Source: Marsupella aquatica
Taxonomy: Eukaryota; Plantae; Marchantiophyta
Length of the DNA: 64,000 bases
Direction of reading: 5' to 3'
NCBI GenBank assembly: GCA_973895155.1
Contig: OZ316893.1
Span: 4,974,171-5,038,170, forward strand
Positions 23,526 through 36,422 of the stretch are shown one piece after another. How positions within the stretch are numbered: position 1 is the stretch's first letter; each line of letters starts with the position of its first letter. The notes under the pieces were generated by a model. The model ran no database searches. It saw only the letters and a list, made by a program, of their open reading frames with translations, and was not told where the DNA came from. A program made the translations under genes and the position numbers.

Positions 23526-24493
23526 TTTGTCCATTTGACGCTTCAGATATGAAGTCCTCCAACCGCCTCCGCTTCTAAGCTGTTCAATCCATGACACCTC
23601 AAGTATGGCGATAATTCGTCAAAATCACCAGGTACATATCCTTCAACCTCCTCAAAATATAACCTGCTCGACGAAGTTGACAGCTCCACAACTCACTTCC
23701 TCCCCCGTTAAACTACCTCAATATTCAAACCTGAACTCCATCTAGCCTCCAAGAGAATTCCTTAGTCACTGGAGCCCAAAAGAACTGACACCCTCACAGA
23801 CTCTCAGACCCCAGCTCGAATGGACGCTCTTGCAAAAGTTGTGGACCAGACCTTTCCAGATTCTCACACCTTTACAGACTCTCAGACTGAATGGAACACC
23901 TACAGTAAACTCTTCAGAATTTTGGCCGTGGGGAACTCCTAAACGAGCTACTCAGAGCCCCGGCGAAGAGCTATCCCAGACTCTTTCCCAGGTGGATAGG
24001 ATCGAGCATTCCTCGTGGACTGCAGTTCAATCTTATTGTGAAGGACTACATATAACACGACCCTAGTGTTAAGTTTGAATTCAGTCTGCTTGGAATGGTA
24101 GGTAATGGACCTTTTCTGAATACAGGACTACGCAGGACTTACTACCAGTCAGAGGTTGTACCGACCACTGAGAAAGTGTTGTGCTACTCCACGCATGTGC
24201 CAATGCCTGAGCGGCTGAGCAAGACTTCCTTGAGTTGGCCTGAACCAACCATTGTACGAGCCTGCGATCTGAACTAGACCGAAGTCCAATCTGACACTTA
24301 TTTGAGCTTCATATTGCGAAGTTTGTTGGCAAGTGAACGAAGCGAATGGCCGATCTGGCAACGAGCACATTTTTTAATTGCTAATCTCATCGAGGAGTGT
24401 CGCGTCTTATTAAACTTGGTAGGGCGCCGTACACAGCCACTCATATATATTGCCAGTACTAACGCACAAGAAACTCCTTTCGTTGTGATAAAG

Positions 24494-26809
24494 AGAAAAT
24501 ACACACACTTTTTATATACAAAGGGACCAAACAGAGGACATAAGAACAAACAAAAGAGGGTCCAAGTGGACAAAACCAAGCCTAAAAGAAGTGAGCAAAA
24601 GTGAACCACTAAACACCAAGAAAGAGTAACTAAAAGTAAGAAATGAGCAATAAGGAACCTCTAAAAACCAAAAAAGAGAGACTAAAACTAACCCAACCGG
24701 ACCAAGGTCCTCATCATTCCTAGCGAATGTGGCAAAAAGCTAATGGTCCACATCAAGGGTCAAAACTAGATCAGCAAGTGGGATTGGAACATCCTCGAGG
24801 GGAGCTAGCCGCTGCGGAGGCACACTAGCACCCACTGTAAGAGATCGACGATAGATGGCCCGAGCTCGAGCACGCTGTAAGGTGACTGAAATGCGTTGGC
24901 GAAAGTGCGTGGTCAAAACAGAAAGCGGGGGCCCGGTGGGACCCAATCGGCCATGAACATCCCGAGCAGCTTGCCGAAGAAGCCCATCAAACTGAGGATG
25001 AAGACGCCCAAATAGCTCCAGAGCAAGGGGGAGGAAGCTGTCGGATGAAGCTCGTGCAGCATATTTGGCCTCCTTCGTTGTTGCCGCACGTGACGCTGCT
25101 GCCCCTGCCGTTGTTGCCGCTGTCCCAATGATGTCTTGGCGCAATGGGTTTGCCACCACTACATCTGCCAAAGTACGTTGACCCTCACGGACCATGGTAA
25201 GATCCACCCGTAACCGCTGTGATGGAGGACCAGGTAACTCGAGTACCACCTCCCGCCGCACGCATACCAAAGAGCCAGAGAGAACCTGAGCGGTTGCATC
25301 TCGCACAGCATCATGAACAATAATGGTTTCACCTCCCAAGCTGCACCGAAGAAGATGGACACCTGTGGCATCACAAGGCTTCCCACAAGTGCAAGGAGGT
25401 AAACCTGCAAGAAGTGGGTGGGGCAGCCCCATACGAAGACGCATGGCTGTGGAGAACTCTGTGGAAGACATCCGCAAATGAGGAATGACTGGATTGGCCT
25501 GAAGCCATCCTCCTGCGCCCTTCCCTCCGGAAGAAAGAATCCGAGCTCGGTCCGTGTCAGGTGCCTCGGAGAGGATGCTGGAAAGGGTAAAAGCGTGCAT
25601 ACGCCCAACGAGGTCTGCCTGAAGACGGACGGGATCCAAGGATAAAAACTCCTAAAAAGAAGGTAACGCAGCGCGAACGGGATCTGGTAATGATGACCGT
25701 GCTGCGCGCAAATGAACCTGAAACGGGAGGGAACCCTCCTCTACCTCCATGAGAGATGAAAGTAAAAAAGGGCGATCCTCAATAAGGAAACGATCGGCCA
25801 ACAAGGAGAAGGCGGCCGCCCATGCACCCAAAAAGGCCAAAGGTGCAAGGCTCTCAATGGAAGTAAGCCCAAAACCACCCTGCGAAATAGGAAGACCGAG
25901 TTGTCGATGAAGCCACGGAGATGAGAGCAACGTTCCCGGCCCTAAAAGAGAGGCTAGAGTCTCACGAATGGATACATCAAATGCTCGAAGGTGGAGACAA
26001 AGATCCTCGGTAGGGGGATGCGTCCTAGCCAGATAAGACGCACGAGGGTGGATGCACCTCAACAACATCCCAAATGCTGCCTGAGAATCTGCTAACTTAG
26101 GGAGCATAGGAGTAGGGGCTAAGGCAGCCTGTAGAGAGTCAGCGATGAAAGATGAGCAAAAGGAGGCAAAACCGACTGGGGAGCCAAGGACCCGAAGACC
26201 ATCGACTGGACGTAAGAACCCTGGGGGAAGCACAAGATCAGAGGGTAAACCAGCTGGACTCCATGCACGACTCTTCGCAGGTTGAACTCGTAAACCGAGA
26301 CCCATCAAATGGGTGGAAAGAGTGGCGAGGGCAGAAGTAACCACGGCAGGAGGACCAATGATGTGGGTGTCATCTGAAAGGGAGGGGAAGATACACTGGG
26401 GGTGGGCCATGGCGGCTTCCCGTAAAGCTGAAAAATGGGCAATGGCAAAAAGAGGCCCACCCAAAGGGTCACCCTGACGTGTACCTTCTGCAGAAGAAAG
26501 AGTGGTATACACTCCTGTAGAGGAGTGATGACTATAGAAGAGTGGGGCCTCGAGTCCATAAAAACAACAAACAAAAGGGATAAGGGACTGGATATCTGGA
26601 TCCGCCGCCCTCAAAGCACGAAAAATGGCTGCCCGAGAAACTGTATTAAAAGCGTTAGAGACATCAACTTGGAGGACAACCCAATCAGGGTGGAGGTCCA
26701 AGGTAGCTCGAATACCCGCAATAACCGTCTCACAACCGCCAGGAACGCCCACTGCAAACTGATGTGGAGAGAGATGATCCGATAGTGCAGAGCGAAACTG
26801 AGGAGGCAA
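24494..26809 (-). mobile_element. 5'-truncated CRE-type non-LTR retrotransposon (RT + CCHC + restriction-like endonuclease), left copy
   Basis: RT motifs QFAVGVPGGCE, QVDVSNAFN, GTRQGDPLGG, SLSDDT, VLGSPVG, LPISQGGFG. CTCG..H..RC / HDAVRD zinc knuckle, then RVD..ADVVV..KEAKY endonuclease. In-frame TAG at 25652; ~250-bp repetitive 3' UTR. Confidence 0.85.
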
Positions 26810-26907
26810 AAATGTTCAATTCCTTCCAACGAATTTGAAGTTGATTGAGTTACTATCATCTCCTTTGTTTATAGGTGCATCGTTAGGCTTTGCTACCTAC
26901 CAGTTTT

Positions 26908-27279
26908 CATATGCTGAACAGGGAAAGGTACCCCGGTTGATTACCTTTAATCCAAGTGAAGAGTCATTATCAACCTCACACTCAAATGAATCATCTCTCT
27001 CTTTAGCTGAATAGTATACTTACATTTATGTTTGAGATCATAATTGTGGCACCCATTCCTCTTCCAATATATATCTACAATTATAATAAGGGATTCCACC
27101 TTTTTTCTTCCTTGGTCCCAATACAAAAACCCAATACAAACAAATACAAAAACCCAATACAAAAAAACTCCTGAGCGAGAATCCAAATATCCACAGCCAT
27201 TAACTGTTTTCCCTGATCATTGATAGGAGAACAGTTAATGATCAATGGGTAATCAACCGGGGTACCCCTGGCACATATG
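26908..27279. mobile_element. MITE-like element with terminal inverted repeats
   Basis: GGTACCCCGGTTGATTACC (26927-26945) and GGTAATCAACCGGGGTACC (27248-27266) are exact reverse complements, extending imperfectly to CATATG at both ends. Only one end is present in the right-hand duplicated copy (~29011). Confidence 0.55.
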
Positions 27280-27384
27280 TGCTTCCCGCTGCCCCATAAT
27301 TGCCCTAGCCTGATCCCTATGGTCCGGCCTTCCTTGCATAGTGGGCAAAACTGAAAGTGTGGGTACAGGTAGAAAACAGGGATT

Positions 27385-27756
27385 TGTTGGGAATAAATCT
27401 AGACTGAATAAGGGAACATCAACACATGTGAACAAACATCCATAAACTACGACACTAAAGGTAGGTGGTTCACCCCGTCTTGGCTATGTTCACGCCGTGA
27501 GAGGAATCCAATAATACGTACTCAATACTATTACACCTGCTCCATAGCCAACATGCTAGAGCTCCTCCTCTCACCTCCTCACTCTCTCTTCTAGAGAATG
27601 AACCATCAAGTGTGAGCACAAGTTTGTGTTCCCCTTGGATATACCCTTTCCCATGGTCTATGGGAACCTGGAACTCAAACTAGTGCTATCCTAGTCTATT
27701 GAAGTCTACCTAGTACTATGGAAGTACATAAGTTATACTAGAGGCATATCCTAACA
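27385..27756. mobile_element. Solo LTR (372 bp)
   Basis: Begins TGTTGGG and ends CCTAACA (TG..CA with a short inverted terminus); 5-bp TSD GGATT/AGATT. It interrupts a local repeat whose uninterrupted form (CAGGGATTGGGGCAAA) is at ~28157. Confidence 0.7.
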
Positions 27757-29146
27757 AGATTGAGGGCAAGCAGTCGATGAATATAAATACTAAGAAACAT
27801 GTTTTTGCAACGTATTTTTTGTCCTCGCCTCTTTTTGATTCAAAGAACTGGAAGTCAAGCTAGTAACTGTATAATCTCAATTGAAAGCTATCATCAGGCC
27901 TGTTGTCTAGGGGGGCATAACTGAAAGTTGGGGTGCGAGCAAGAAACAGGGAGCGGAGGTAAGTCATTGATGAACGTGAATATAGTAAGATTTGTCGTCA
28001 CCCACCTCTATTTATGTTCAACAAACGGGTAGTCAGGCTAATAAATATATAAATAATTGCAATCAAAAGCTACTCTCAAGTCCTATGCACTATTTATAGT
28101 GAAGCTAGACCGTGACAATTGAGGGCATAATTGAAAGTGGGGATGCAGGCATAAAGCAGGGATTGGGGCAAATCATTATGTACATGAATTAGTAGGGAAT
28201 TTTATTTTTTGCATGGTTTTTTTGTCCTCGCCCCAATTACTCCAATGCAAGGGCACACAAACTGGTCTCTTTTAACACTAGCCATGATCCCTGCCTCTAA
28301 ATACCTAGTGTGTGAAACTTTAATAGAATTCAATAGAACACCCCCTAGGTACACTAATCAAATGACTCTAAGGTCCTGTGTTGAAGGGATGTCCAACAAT
28401 AGAACAGTTGACTTTCACCGTACTAAGAGCATTCCTAGGGTTTACCAATAGGGTCTATTACGACGCTATGTTGACCAAACCCAAAGGTTGAGCAAAAAGG
28501 CAATCCCAACGGATTATTGCTCAGGGGCCTCAATCCAAGGCATGTCCCATATCATATATGCGCAAAGTTTTGAGGGAATAAACACCCTAAAACTTACGTC
28601 AATAAAGTTTTTTAGGAATTTTTTTACCCCTAACTTAATGGAATATTTCAAGAATATTTCCAAATTTGATTTTAAGAAACCTTATGATTCTTATCATTCT
28701 CAAAATTGGAATGAAAACAACCCTAATGTTCTTCAACAAAAATTTAAAAGTATTTCACTAAACCCAATAAAAAATATCATATACTTATTCACGCGTGATG
28801 GGTTTTTGTATTTTTTTTGTATTGGGTTTTTGTATTGGGACCAAGGAAGAAAAAAGGTGGAATCCCTTATTATAATTGTAGATATATATTGGAAGAGGAA
28901 TGGGTGCCACAATTATGATCTCAAACATAAATGTAAGTATACTATTCAGCTAAAGAGAGAGATGATTCATTTGAGTGTGAGGTTGATAATGACTCTTCAC
29001 TTGGATTAAAGGTAATCAACCGGGGTACCTTTCCCTGTTCAGCATATGAGAACTGGTAGGTAGCAAAGCCTAACGATGCACCTATAAACAAAGGAGATGA
29101 TAGTAACTCAATCAACTTCAAATTCGTTGGAAGGAATTGAACATTT

Positions 29147-31465
29147 TTGCCTCCTCAGTTTCGCTCTGCACTATCGGATCATCTCTCTCCACATCAGTTT
29201 GCAGTGGGCGTTCCTAGCGGTTGTGAGACGGTTATTGCGGGTATTCGAGCTACCTTGGACCTCCACCCTGATTGGGTTGTCCTCCAAGTTGATGTCTCTA
29301 ACGCTTTTAATACAGTTTCTCGGGCAGCCATTTTTCGTGCTTTGAGGGCGGCGGATCCAGATATCCAGTCCCTGATCCCTTTTGTTTGTTGTTTTTATGG
29401 ACTCGAGGCCCCACTCTTCTATAGTCATCACTCCTCTACAGGAGTGTATACCACTCTTTTTTCTGCAGAAGGTACACGTCAGGGTGACCCTTTGGGTGGG
29501 CCTCTTTTTGCCATTGCCCATTTTTCAGCTTTACGGGAAGCCGCCATGGCCCACCCCCAGTGTATCTTCCCCTCCCTTTCAGATGACACCCACATCATTG
29601 GTCCTCCTGCCGTGGTTACTTCTGCCCTCGCCACTCTTTCCACCCATTTGATGGGCCTCGGTTTACGAGTTCAGCCTGTGAAGAGTCGTGCATGGAGTCC
29701 AGCTGGGTTACCCTCTGATCTTGCGCTTCCCCCAGGGTTCTTACGTCCAGCCGATGGTCTTCGGGTCCTTGGCTCCCCAGTCGGTACCGCCTCCTTTTGC
29801 TCCTCTTTCATCGCTGACTCTCTACAGGCTGCCTTAGCCTCTACTCCTATGCTCCCTAAGTTAGCAGATTCTCAGGCAGCATTTGGGATGTTGTTGAGGT
29901 GCATCCACCCTCGTGCGTCTTATCTGGCTAGGACGCATCCCCCTACCGAGGATCTTTGTCTCCACCTTCGAGCATTTGATGTCTCCATTCGTCAGACCCT
30001 GGCCTCTTTTTTGGGGCCGGGTACGTTGCTCTCATCTCCGTGGCTTCATCGACAACTCAGTCTTCCTATTTTGCAGGGTGGTTTTGGGCTTACTTCCATT
30101 GAGAGCCTTGCACCTTTGGCCTTTTTGGGTGCGTGGGCGGCCGCCTTCTCATTGTTGGCCGATCATTTTCTTATTGAGGATCGCCCTTTTTTACTTTCAT
30201 CTCTCATGGAGGTAGAGGAGGGTTCCCTCCCGTTTCAGGTTCATTTGCGCGCAGCGCGGTCCTCATTACCAGATCCCGTTCGCGCCGCGTTACCTTCTTT
30301 TCAAGAGTTTTTATCCTTGGATCCCGTTCGTCTTCAGGCAGACCTCGCTGGGCATATGCACGCTTTCACCCTTTCCAGCATCCTCTCCGAGGCACCTGAC
30401 ACGGACCGAGCTCGGATTCTTTCTTCCGGAGGGAAGGGCGCAGGTGGATGGCTTCAGGCCAATCCAGTCATTCCTTATTTGCGGATGTCTTCAACGGAGT
30501 TCTCCACAACCATGCGTCTTCGTATGGGGCTGCCCCACCCACTTCTTGCAGGTTTACCTCCTTCTTGCACTTGTGGGAAGCCTTGTGATGCCACAGGTGT
30601 CCATCTTCTTTGGTGCAGTTTGGGAGGTGAAACCATTATAGTTCACGACGCTGTGCGAGATGCGACTGCTCAGGTTCTCTCTGGCTCTTTGGTATGCGTG
30701 CGGCGGGAGGTGGTACTCGAGTTACCTGGTCCTCCATCATAGCGGTTACGGGTGGATCTTACCATGGTCCGTGAGGGTCAACGTACATTGGCAGATGTAG
30801 TGGTGGCAAACCCATTGCGCCAAGACATCATTGGGACAGCGGCAACTATGACAGGGGCAGCAGCGTCACGTGCGGCAACAACGAAGGAGGCCAAATATGC
30901 TGCACGAGCTTCATCCGACAGCTTCCTCCCCCTTGCTCTGGAGCTATTTGGGCGTCTTCATCCTCAGTTTGATGGGCTTCTTCGGCAAGCTGCCCGGGAT
31001 GTTCATGGCCGCATGGGTCCCACCGGACCCCCGCTTTCTATTTTGACCATGCACTTTCGCCAACGCATTTCAGTCACCTTGCAGCGTGCTCAAGCTCGGG
31101 CCATCTATCGTCGATCTCTTACAGTGGGTGCTAGTGTGCCTCCGCTGCGGCTAGCTCCCCTAGAGGATGTTCCAATCCCACTTGCCGATCTAGTTTTGAC
31201 CCTTGATGTGGACCAGTAGCTTTTTGCCACATTCGCTAGGAATGATTGAGGACCTCGGTCCGCTTGGGTTAGTTTTAGTCTCTCTTTCTTGGTTTTTAGG
31301 GGTTCCCTATTGCTCATTTCTTACTTTTAGTTCTTCTTTCTTGGTGTTTAGTGGTTCCCTTTTGCTCACTTCTTTTTCGATTGGTTTTGTCCACTTGGGC
31401 CCTCTTTTGTTTGTTCATTTGTACTCTGGTTGGTCCCTTTGTATATAAAAAGTGTGTATATTTCT
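29147..31465 (+). mobile_element. 5'-truncated CRE-type non-LTR retrotransposon, right copy (inverted relative to the left)
   Basis: Near-identical to the reverse complement of 24494-26809, with the same truncation point. In-frame TAG at ~30740; the ORF ends at 31219. Confidence 0.85.
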
Positions 31466-33290
31466 AACTTAAGAGGCTATGCATTCATGTTCTTCAGCAT
31501 CATTTCTCTCACTCGTGGTGGTGGAGCCTTTGGTTTCATCTCTAAGAAAACACATACTATGAAAGGGGGCTGCCAAAATAAGTTCAAAACACTCTAGAAT
31601 ACCTAAAACTAAAGGGGTCTAAAAATTAATTAAAAATGTATAGAATACAAAGGCTACCCCTTGATAAGGCATATTGAAATGAAAATAGATTGACACAAAA
31701 ATCTGAATAAGACAAAATCTGAAACCATATAGCAGCTTCAAAAATTTGGTCATAACATATGATAATGTTTATGGCAAAAATTTATAAATTATAACTTTGG
31801 TAATCAATAACTTTTTTTGTCCCTAAGCAAAACCTATTAATTAAGGCTATCAAATTTTGAGATTTGAGAGCCACTAATAAACTTGAACCAATGAGCTTGA
31901 GTCCTGCCAACACTCAATAACTAACCTCTTATTCTTAGTCGAGGCAATTAATCACTTTAACCCATTCCAAGTTTGGCTCTGAGTGGTTGGATCTGCTTTG
32001 TTTGATTGCTTCCTTCGAGTACGGTGGAGTTTCTGGTGGGTCACAATCTGCTCTGTAAAGCTGTGTTCAATCATTGCTAGCGTTGTTTAGCGGATTCAGT
32101 CACATTAGTTAAGAATTATTCATTTTGTCAACGTTGTTTCGAATGATAATTAGTAGATATTGTCGAGCTTTGGCACCAAGACGTTAGATTCGCTAGCAGC
32201 TACTGCAGTTCTACTGTGTTAGTAGACCCTAGAAACGGAGATCCATCGTGGTGTTCCGTCTTCTTTGGTAGAATTTGTGAACTGTTTTGCCATTTTCCCT
32301 GTACAGTGGGAGAGGCAATCATTGATTTCTTGTATTTTTCCTCCTCCTCAGGTGGATTTGTTTATTTTTAGACCATCCGCGCTCGATATGCGTTTCAGCC
32401 GGACCCTTGGATCTTTCTCCACAAATTTGTTTCGTTGGGTGTTGTTTTGCTGTTGCTTTAGTTGGCGTACTCGTAGCTGCCAGTCATCAGGTAAAGAAGT
32501 CCAAGACGACAATTCCTGCGACACTAGGACGCCAATGTCCAGCACTCTACAGTAAGTTACATCGTCCTACTTTATGCAGTACAGGACCCACAATTGCGTT
32601 GGTTGTCGGTACTGCAATCGAGTATGGTTCCCAAATAATTATCGCAAGTGCTGCACGAGGAACTAAACCTCCCTTATGAGATCTGACCTTGTCCATCGCT
32701 TCTGCAAACCTAAGATTATTTTGATCCAGTGTAATGCTACCACAGTACTACGGAAGCGTATCAGGCAGCGGTGTAGAAAGGAGAGCTGTGAGAGCTCGAA
32801 GTCCGAGGACGAGAGCTGTCAGTTCTAGGCACTGTAAGATGAGCGAAAGAGCGATCTCCAGGACAGAATGCAAGACACAAGCGACCTATGCAAAGATGTG
32901 CGAATGATGGAGGGAGAATCGTAGCTCAGAGCGGGCCCAGCACAGGAGAATTGTCTCATGGCCGCAGCAGCTCCTGGATAAGAGCTATGCAGCACCAGTC
33001 ACTCGCTCTCCTGCCTCCTTTGGTCGACTTGACTGAATCATTGCAGTGCAGTAGATACCGATCCGGTTTCTGTGTGGGAACTCGTGAGAGGAAAGGTCCC
33101 GATCGAGCCTGGCTACAGCGTATGCTTTCTTCAAGACAGAATACAAAGACGAAAACCAGAGCATTGCAAGGTAATTTGGAGTTGTTGGCGTATGTCCACT
33201 TTTATCATCCAACATGGGCCCCGTTAGCTCGTGACTCGTGAGGAATCAGGCATTTGAAAAAGTGTCACCACAACTTGTGTTCTTGTGGGT

Positions 33291-33324
33291 TGTGTGTGTG
33301 TGTGTGTGCCTGTGTGTGTTTGTG
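33291..33324. repeat. (GT)n microsatellite
   Basis: Interrupted TG dinucleotide run. Confidence 0.85.
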
Positions 33325-35518
33325 CGGGAGAGTGTGAGGAAAACATCCCCAGACGAAGTCGGTTGCAGAACAGTACGTTGGCAAAGCATTACCTACCCAA
33401 AAGTGCTTAGCCACGTACCGGGGGGACACAATGTCATGCACACATTGCAGCCGTGGTCGATCTAGGCAGAAGCTAACAAAAAGTCACGTGGGAATAAAGC
33501 AAACGAAGCCACAAGGACTAACCTGCAACACATGCTATGGTTGACACGATTAAAACAAAACACTCAGAACTCGCCCAATGATACAGTGCTGAAATGATTG
33601 TGTTTAGATTCTTTTTGCCTTCGTAAGTTTCATTGAATTCCATTCACGTGAATAGATTTCCTGCCTTGCAAAAACTGTTACATATTCCATTATTAAAAGC
33701 ACCAGGTGGTGCATAGATTGCCTAGCCTCTCTTTTGCAAGAGGAGGTCTGTTGATGAGTCACCACCGACTGAAAGGAAAGACTGGCAAAGATTTTGGACA
33801 GACCGATTGTATGAATTTTGAACTCTACAGTGCTGCTCTCTATTCTGTGCATCTGTGCTGACTGGTATGGTACGCTGTGTTCCTTCTATGGTCGTTGTAC
33901 AGTAATCCAGAGTCCAGAGGGTCAGCCCCTTCCCCTGGTGGCATCGAATTCGTGCGAGGTCACCCCACCTGAGTGATAGAAGATTTACAATACTGTATCT
34001 CGTTTGGTATGCTCAAACTCTCAAAGAATTTGTGTCCTCTAATGCCACTGAACACCTCCCCCCTGCCAAACGAGTGTCCCTTGTGTTGTTGGGTGAAATT
34101 TCCACTTCAGCGCAGTCTACTTACAATTTTAACATTTATCTCAAGTGATGGCTTTTGGCCAAGAAATGACTGTAGCATTTTTCACCGGGTTGTGAAAATC
34201 TCTTCTTCTACTTTTTCGCACTAGCACCTATGGTGACACATGGTTGTGGCACATGATCATTCTATAATAATAAAAACATTGATTGTAAATTCTTTTAGTC
34301 AATATTTTTTGTTGTCTACAACTTTAGCCTAATAGTTAAGGTACAGCAAGTTCTGAGATTTGAGAGCCGGAAATGGCTCAACAGATCCCTTGGGTAAAGT
34401 TTTAACCTTACCAGTTTCCAAGGTTTGGAGATGGCCCGATTAGCCCTATGTATGGTTCCAAATAACCAGCTAGCCAACCATGGCCAACTCAATTCAATTT
34501 AATTATGGCCATGGAATGTCTGTGTAGAAATTTGTCTCAACTTGCTCTTGAGGGATTGTTTTATGACAAGAGCCAGTAATAAGAGGCTAGTCTCTACTAA
34601 CAAAGATCCACCATGGAGACAGCTACTGTAACTTAGCAAAACCTAAATACAGGTAGCACAATCTACAAGGGAAACTAAGAGGGGTCACAAAAGTACTTGA
34701 CTACAGACTATGCACACTACATGATGGGTGTGCAACCCATCAGACAAATTGTCAATGGAGAACTTGTCTAAATTCTAAGAGAAAATGCGTGGATGTATGT
34801 AGGCTCACTTTGAAAATTCCCTAAAGAGATGTCTTGCCTTCAGGAGCTTGCTCGGGTTGCTGACAGGGATATCCTGGAAATTCCATACTGTGTGAGAGCT
34901 TGACAGGTTTCTAAGTAGAAGCAATAATGGAACCGATTCTTATGGAGTACAAAACACTGGTAGTTAAAGTGCCCGTTGGAGGTACTGAAGGCTTCAGGGT
35001 GAACTAGAAGCTCGTAAAAGAGGTTCCCTATGTTGTACCACATCTCAGTTATCAGATTTTAAGTTGCATGCTAGATATGTTCACATGTGAGTCATTGCCG
35101 CAGTCAGATTTTTACCTCTCTGGTCAACGCCCTCTCCCTCCTGGGTAACACCCCCTTTTGGGCTACCCTATAAAGGTGCATGCTCTGGAGTTATAGTCTA
35201 TCCTATGTTGGATGGGTCAGCTTTTGGTTTCAAGATAAAAAAAACAATTTTACCAGGCTGAAATGTGACCCTCTTTGAGGTACATTTCAATTTTTTTTCT
35301 CAAAAAGGTGATTTCAATATCAAGATTACAAACCTACATTCCCTCTCACTTCAGGAATCAAATTAACAAGGTGAGCACTATGCCAATACCCGAGGGTGTA
35401 ACTCACTCCGTCACATAGTGTGCCGTGAATATGTAATCTATATACTCATTCTAAGTATTTATGTACTTCCATAAAACGACCCACCAAAATCCTTCCATTC
35501 GTCTGTTTACAGCTTGGA

Positions 35519-35730
35519 AGAGGACCTCGGTCCATTTGCGGTAGTTTTAGTTCCTCTTTCTTGGTTTTTAGGGGTTTCCTTTTGCTCACTTCTTCTAGTT
35601 CCTCTTTCTTGGTTTTTAGGGTTTCCTTTTGCTCACTTCTTTTGCGTTTGGTTTTGTCCACTTGGGACCTCTCTTGTTTATTTTTTGTACTCTATTTGGC
35701 CTTTTTCTGTAAAAAGTATGTGTATATTTC
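35519..35730 (+). mobile_element. Short 3'-end fragment of the same CRE-type family
   Basis: GAGGACCTCGGTCC...TTTCTTGGTTTTTAGGGG...TTTTGTCCACTTGGG...TAAAAAGT.TGTGTATATTTCT matches 31251-31465. Confidence 0.75.
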
Positions 35731-36040
35731 TTGGAAGGAGAGAACAAAACTCAGATTGGCCCTTAGATGTTTCCAAAGGTTTTTGGCACCATTAGATTTA
35801 CTGAAATGGGATGTCTAAGGGGTAGTCCTCATTAGTATGTTTGCTGCTAAGGGGTTCATGGCACATTTGCAGTTGCTACTACTAGCCTAGCTGCCCGAGC
35901 TTTGGTCAGGCCCATGATTGCCTCCCCAGGCTGTTGTCTGACCTAGAAACTTGCCTCCACCCAAGACAGTTAGAGGTTCACTTTGGACCATAGGCTCCTT
36001 TTGGACCGTAGTATAACTTTCAATTGGGAATGATCAACTA

Positions 36041-36422
36041 CACTGTTCACCATAATTAGTGTTATGCAAGAATTAGTGTTAGTACAAAATTAGTGTTACT
36101 AACACTAATTTTGGTAAAAATGATTTTGAGTCCAAGTAACACTAATTTTTATCGGTTTTCAAAATGAATTTTTTTCAGTTTAATTTAAATTGCTTGTAAA
36201 AAATGGATGATCTCTAGTCCAAAGTAACACTAATTGTTGTGGATTTTTTAAAATAGTTTTTTCCTTTGTATTTTGCCACTTTTAAGACCATAGTAACACT
36301 AATTCATGTGCGCGAATATAGTGTTAGCACAAAATTAGTGTGACTAACACTAATTCATGAGTAGACCCTGAAAATGGGCGCTCTCGAATTAGTGTTAGTC
36401 ACACTAATTATGGTGAACAGTG
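36041..36422. mobile_element. Non-autonomous TIR element (MITE) with subterminal repeats
   Basis: TA|CACTGTTCACCATAATTAGTGT ... ACACTAATTATGGTGAACAGTG|TA: a perfect 22-bp TIR with TA flanks. About 10 internal AATTAGTGTTA motifs occur in both orientations. Confidence 0.85.

Noticed and set aside
28488-29009. 173-aa ORF
   Set aside because: Runs across the boundary between spacer and duplicated arm/MITE sequence; no recognisable domain.
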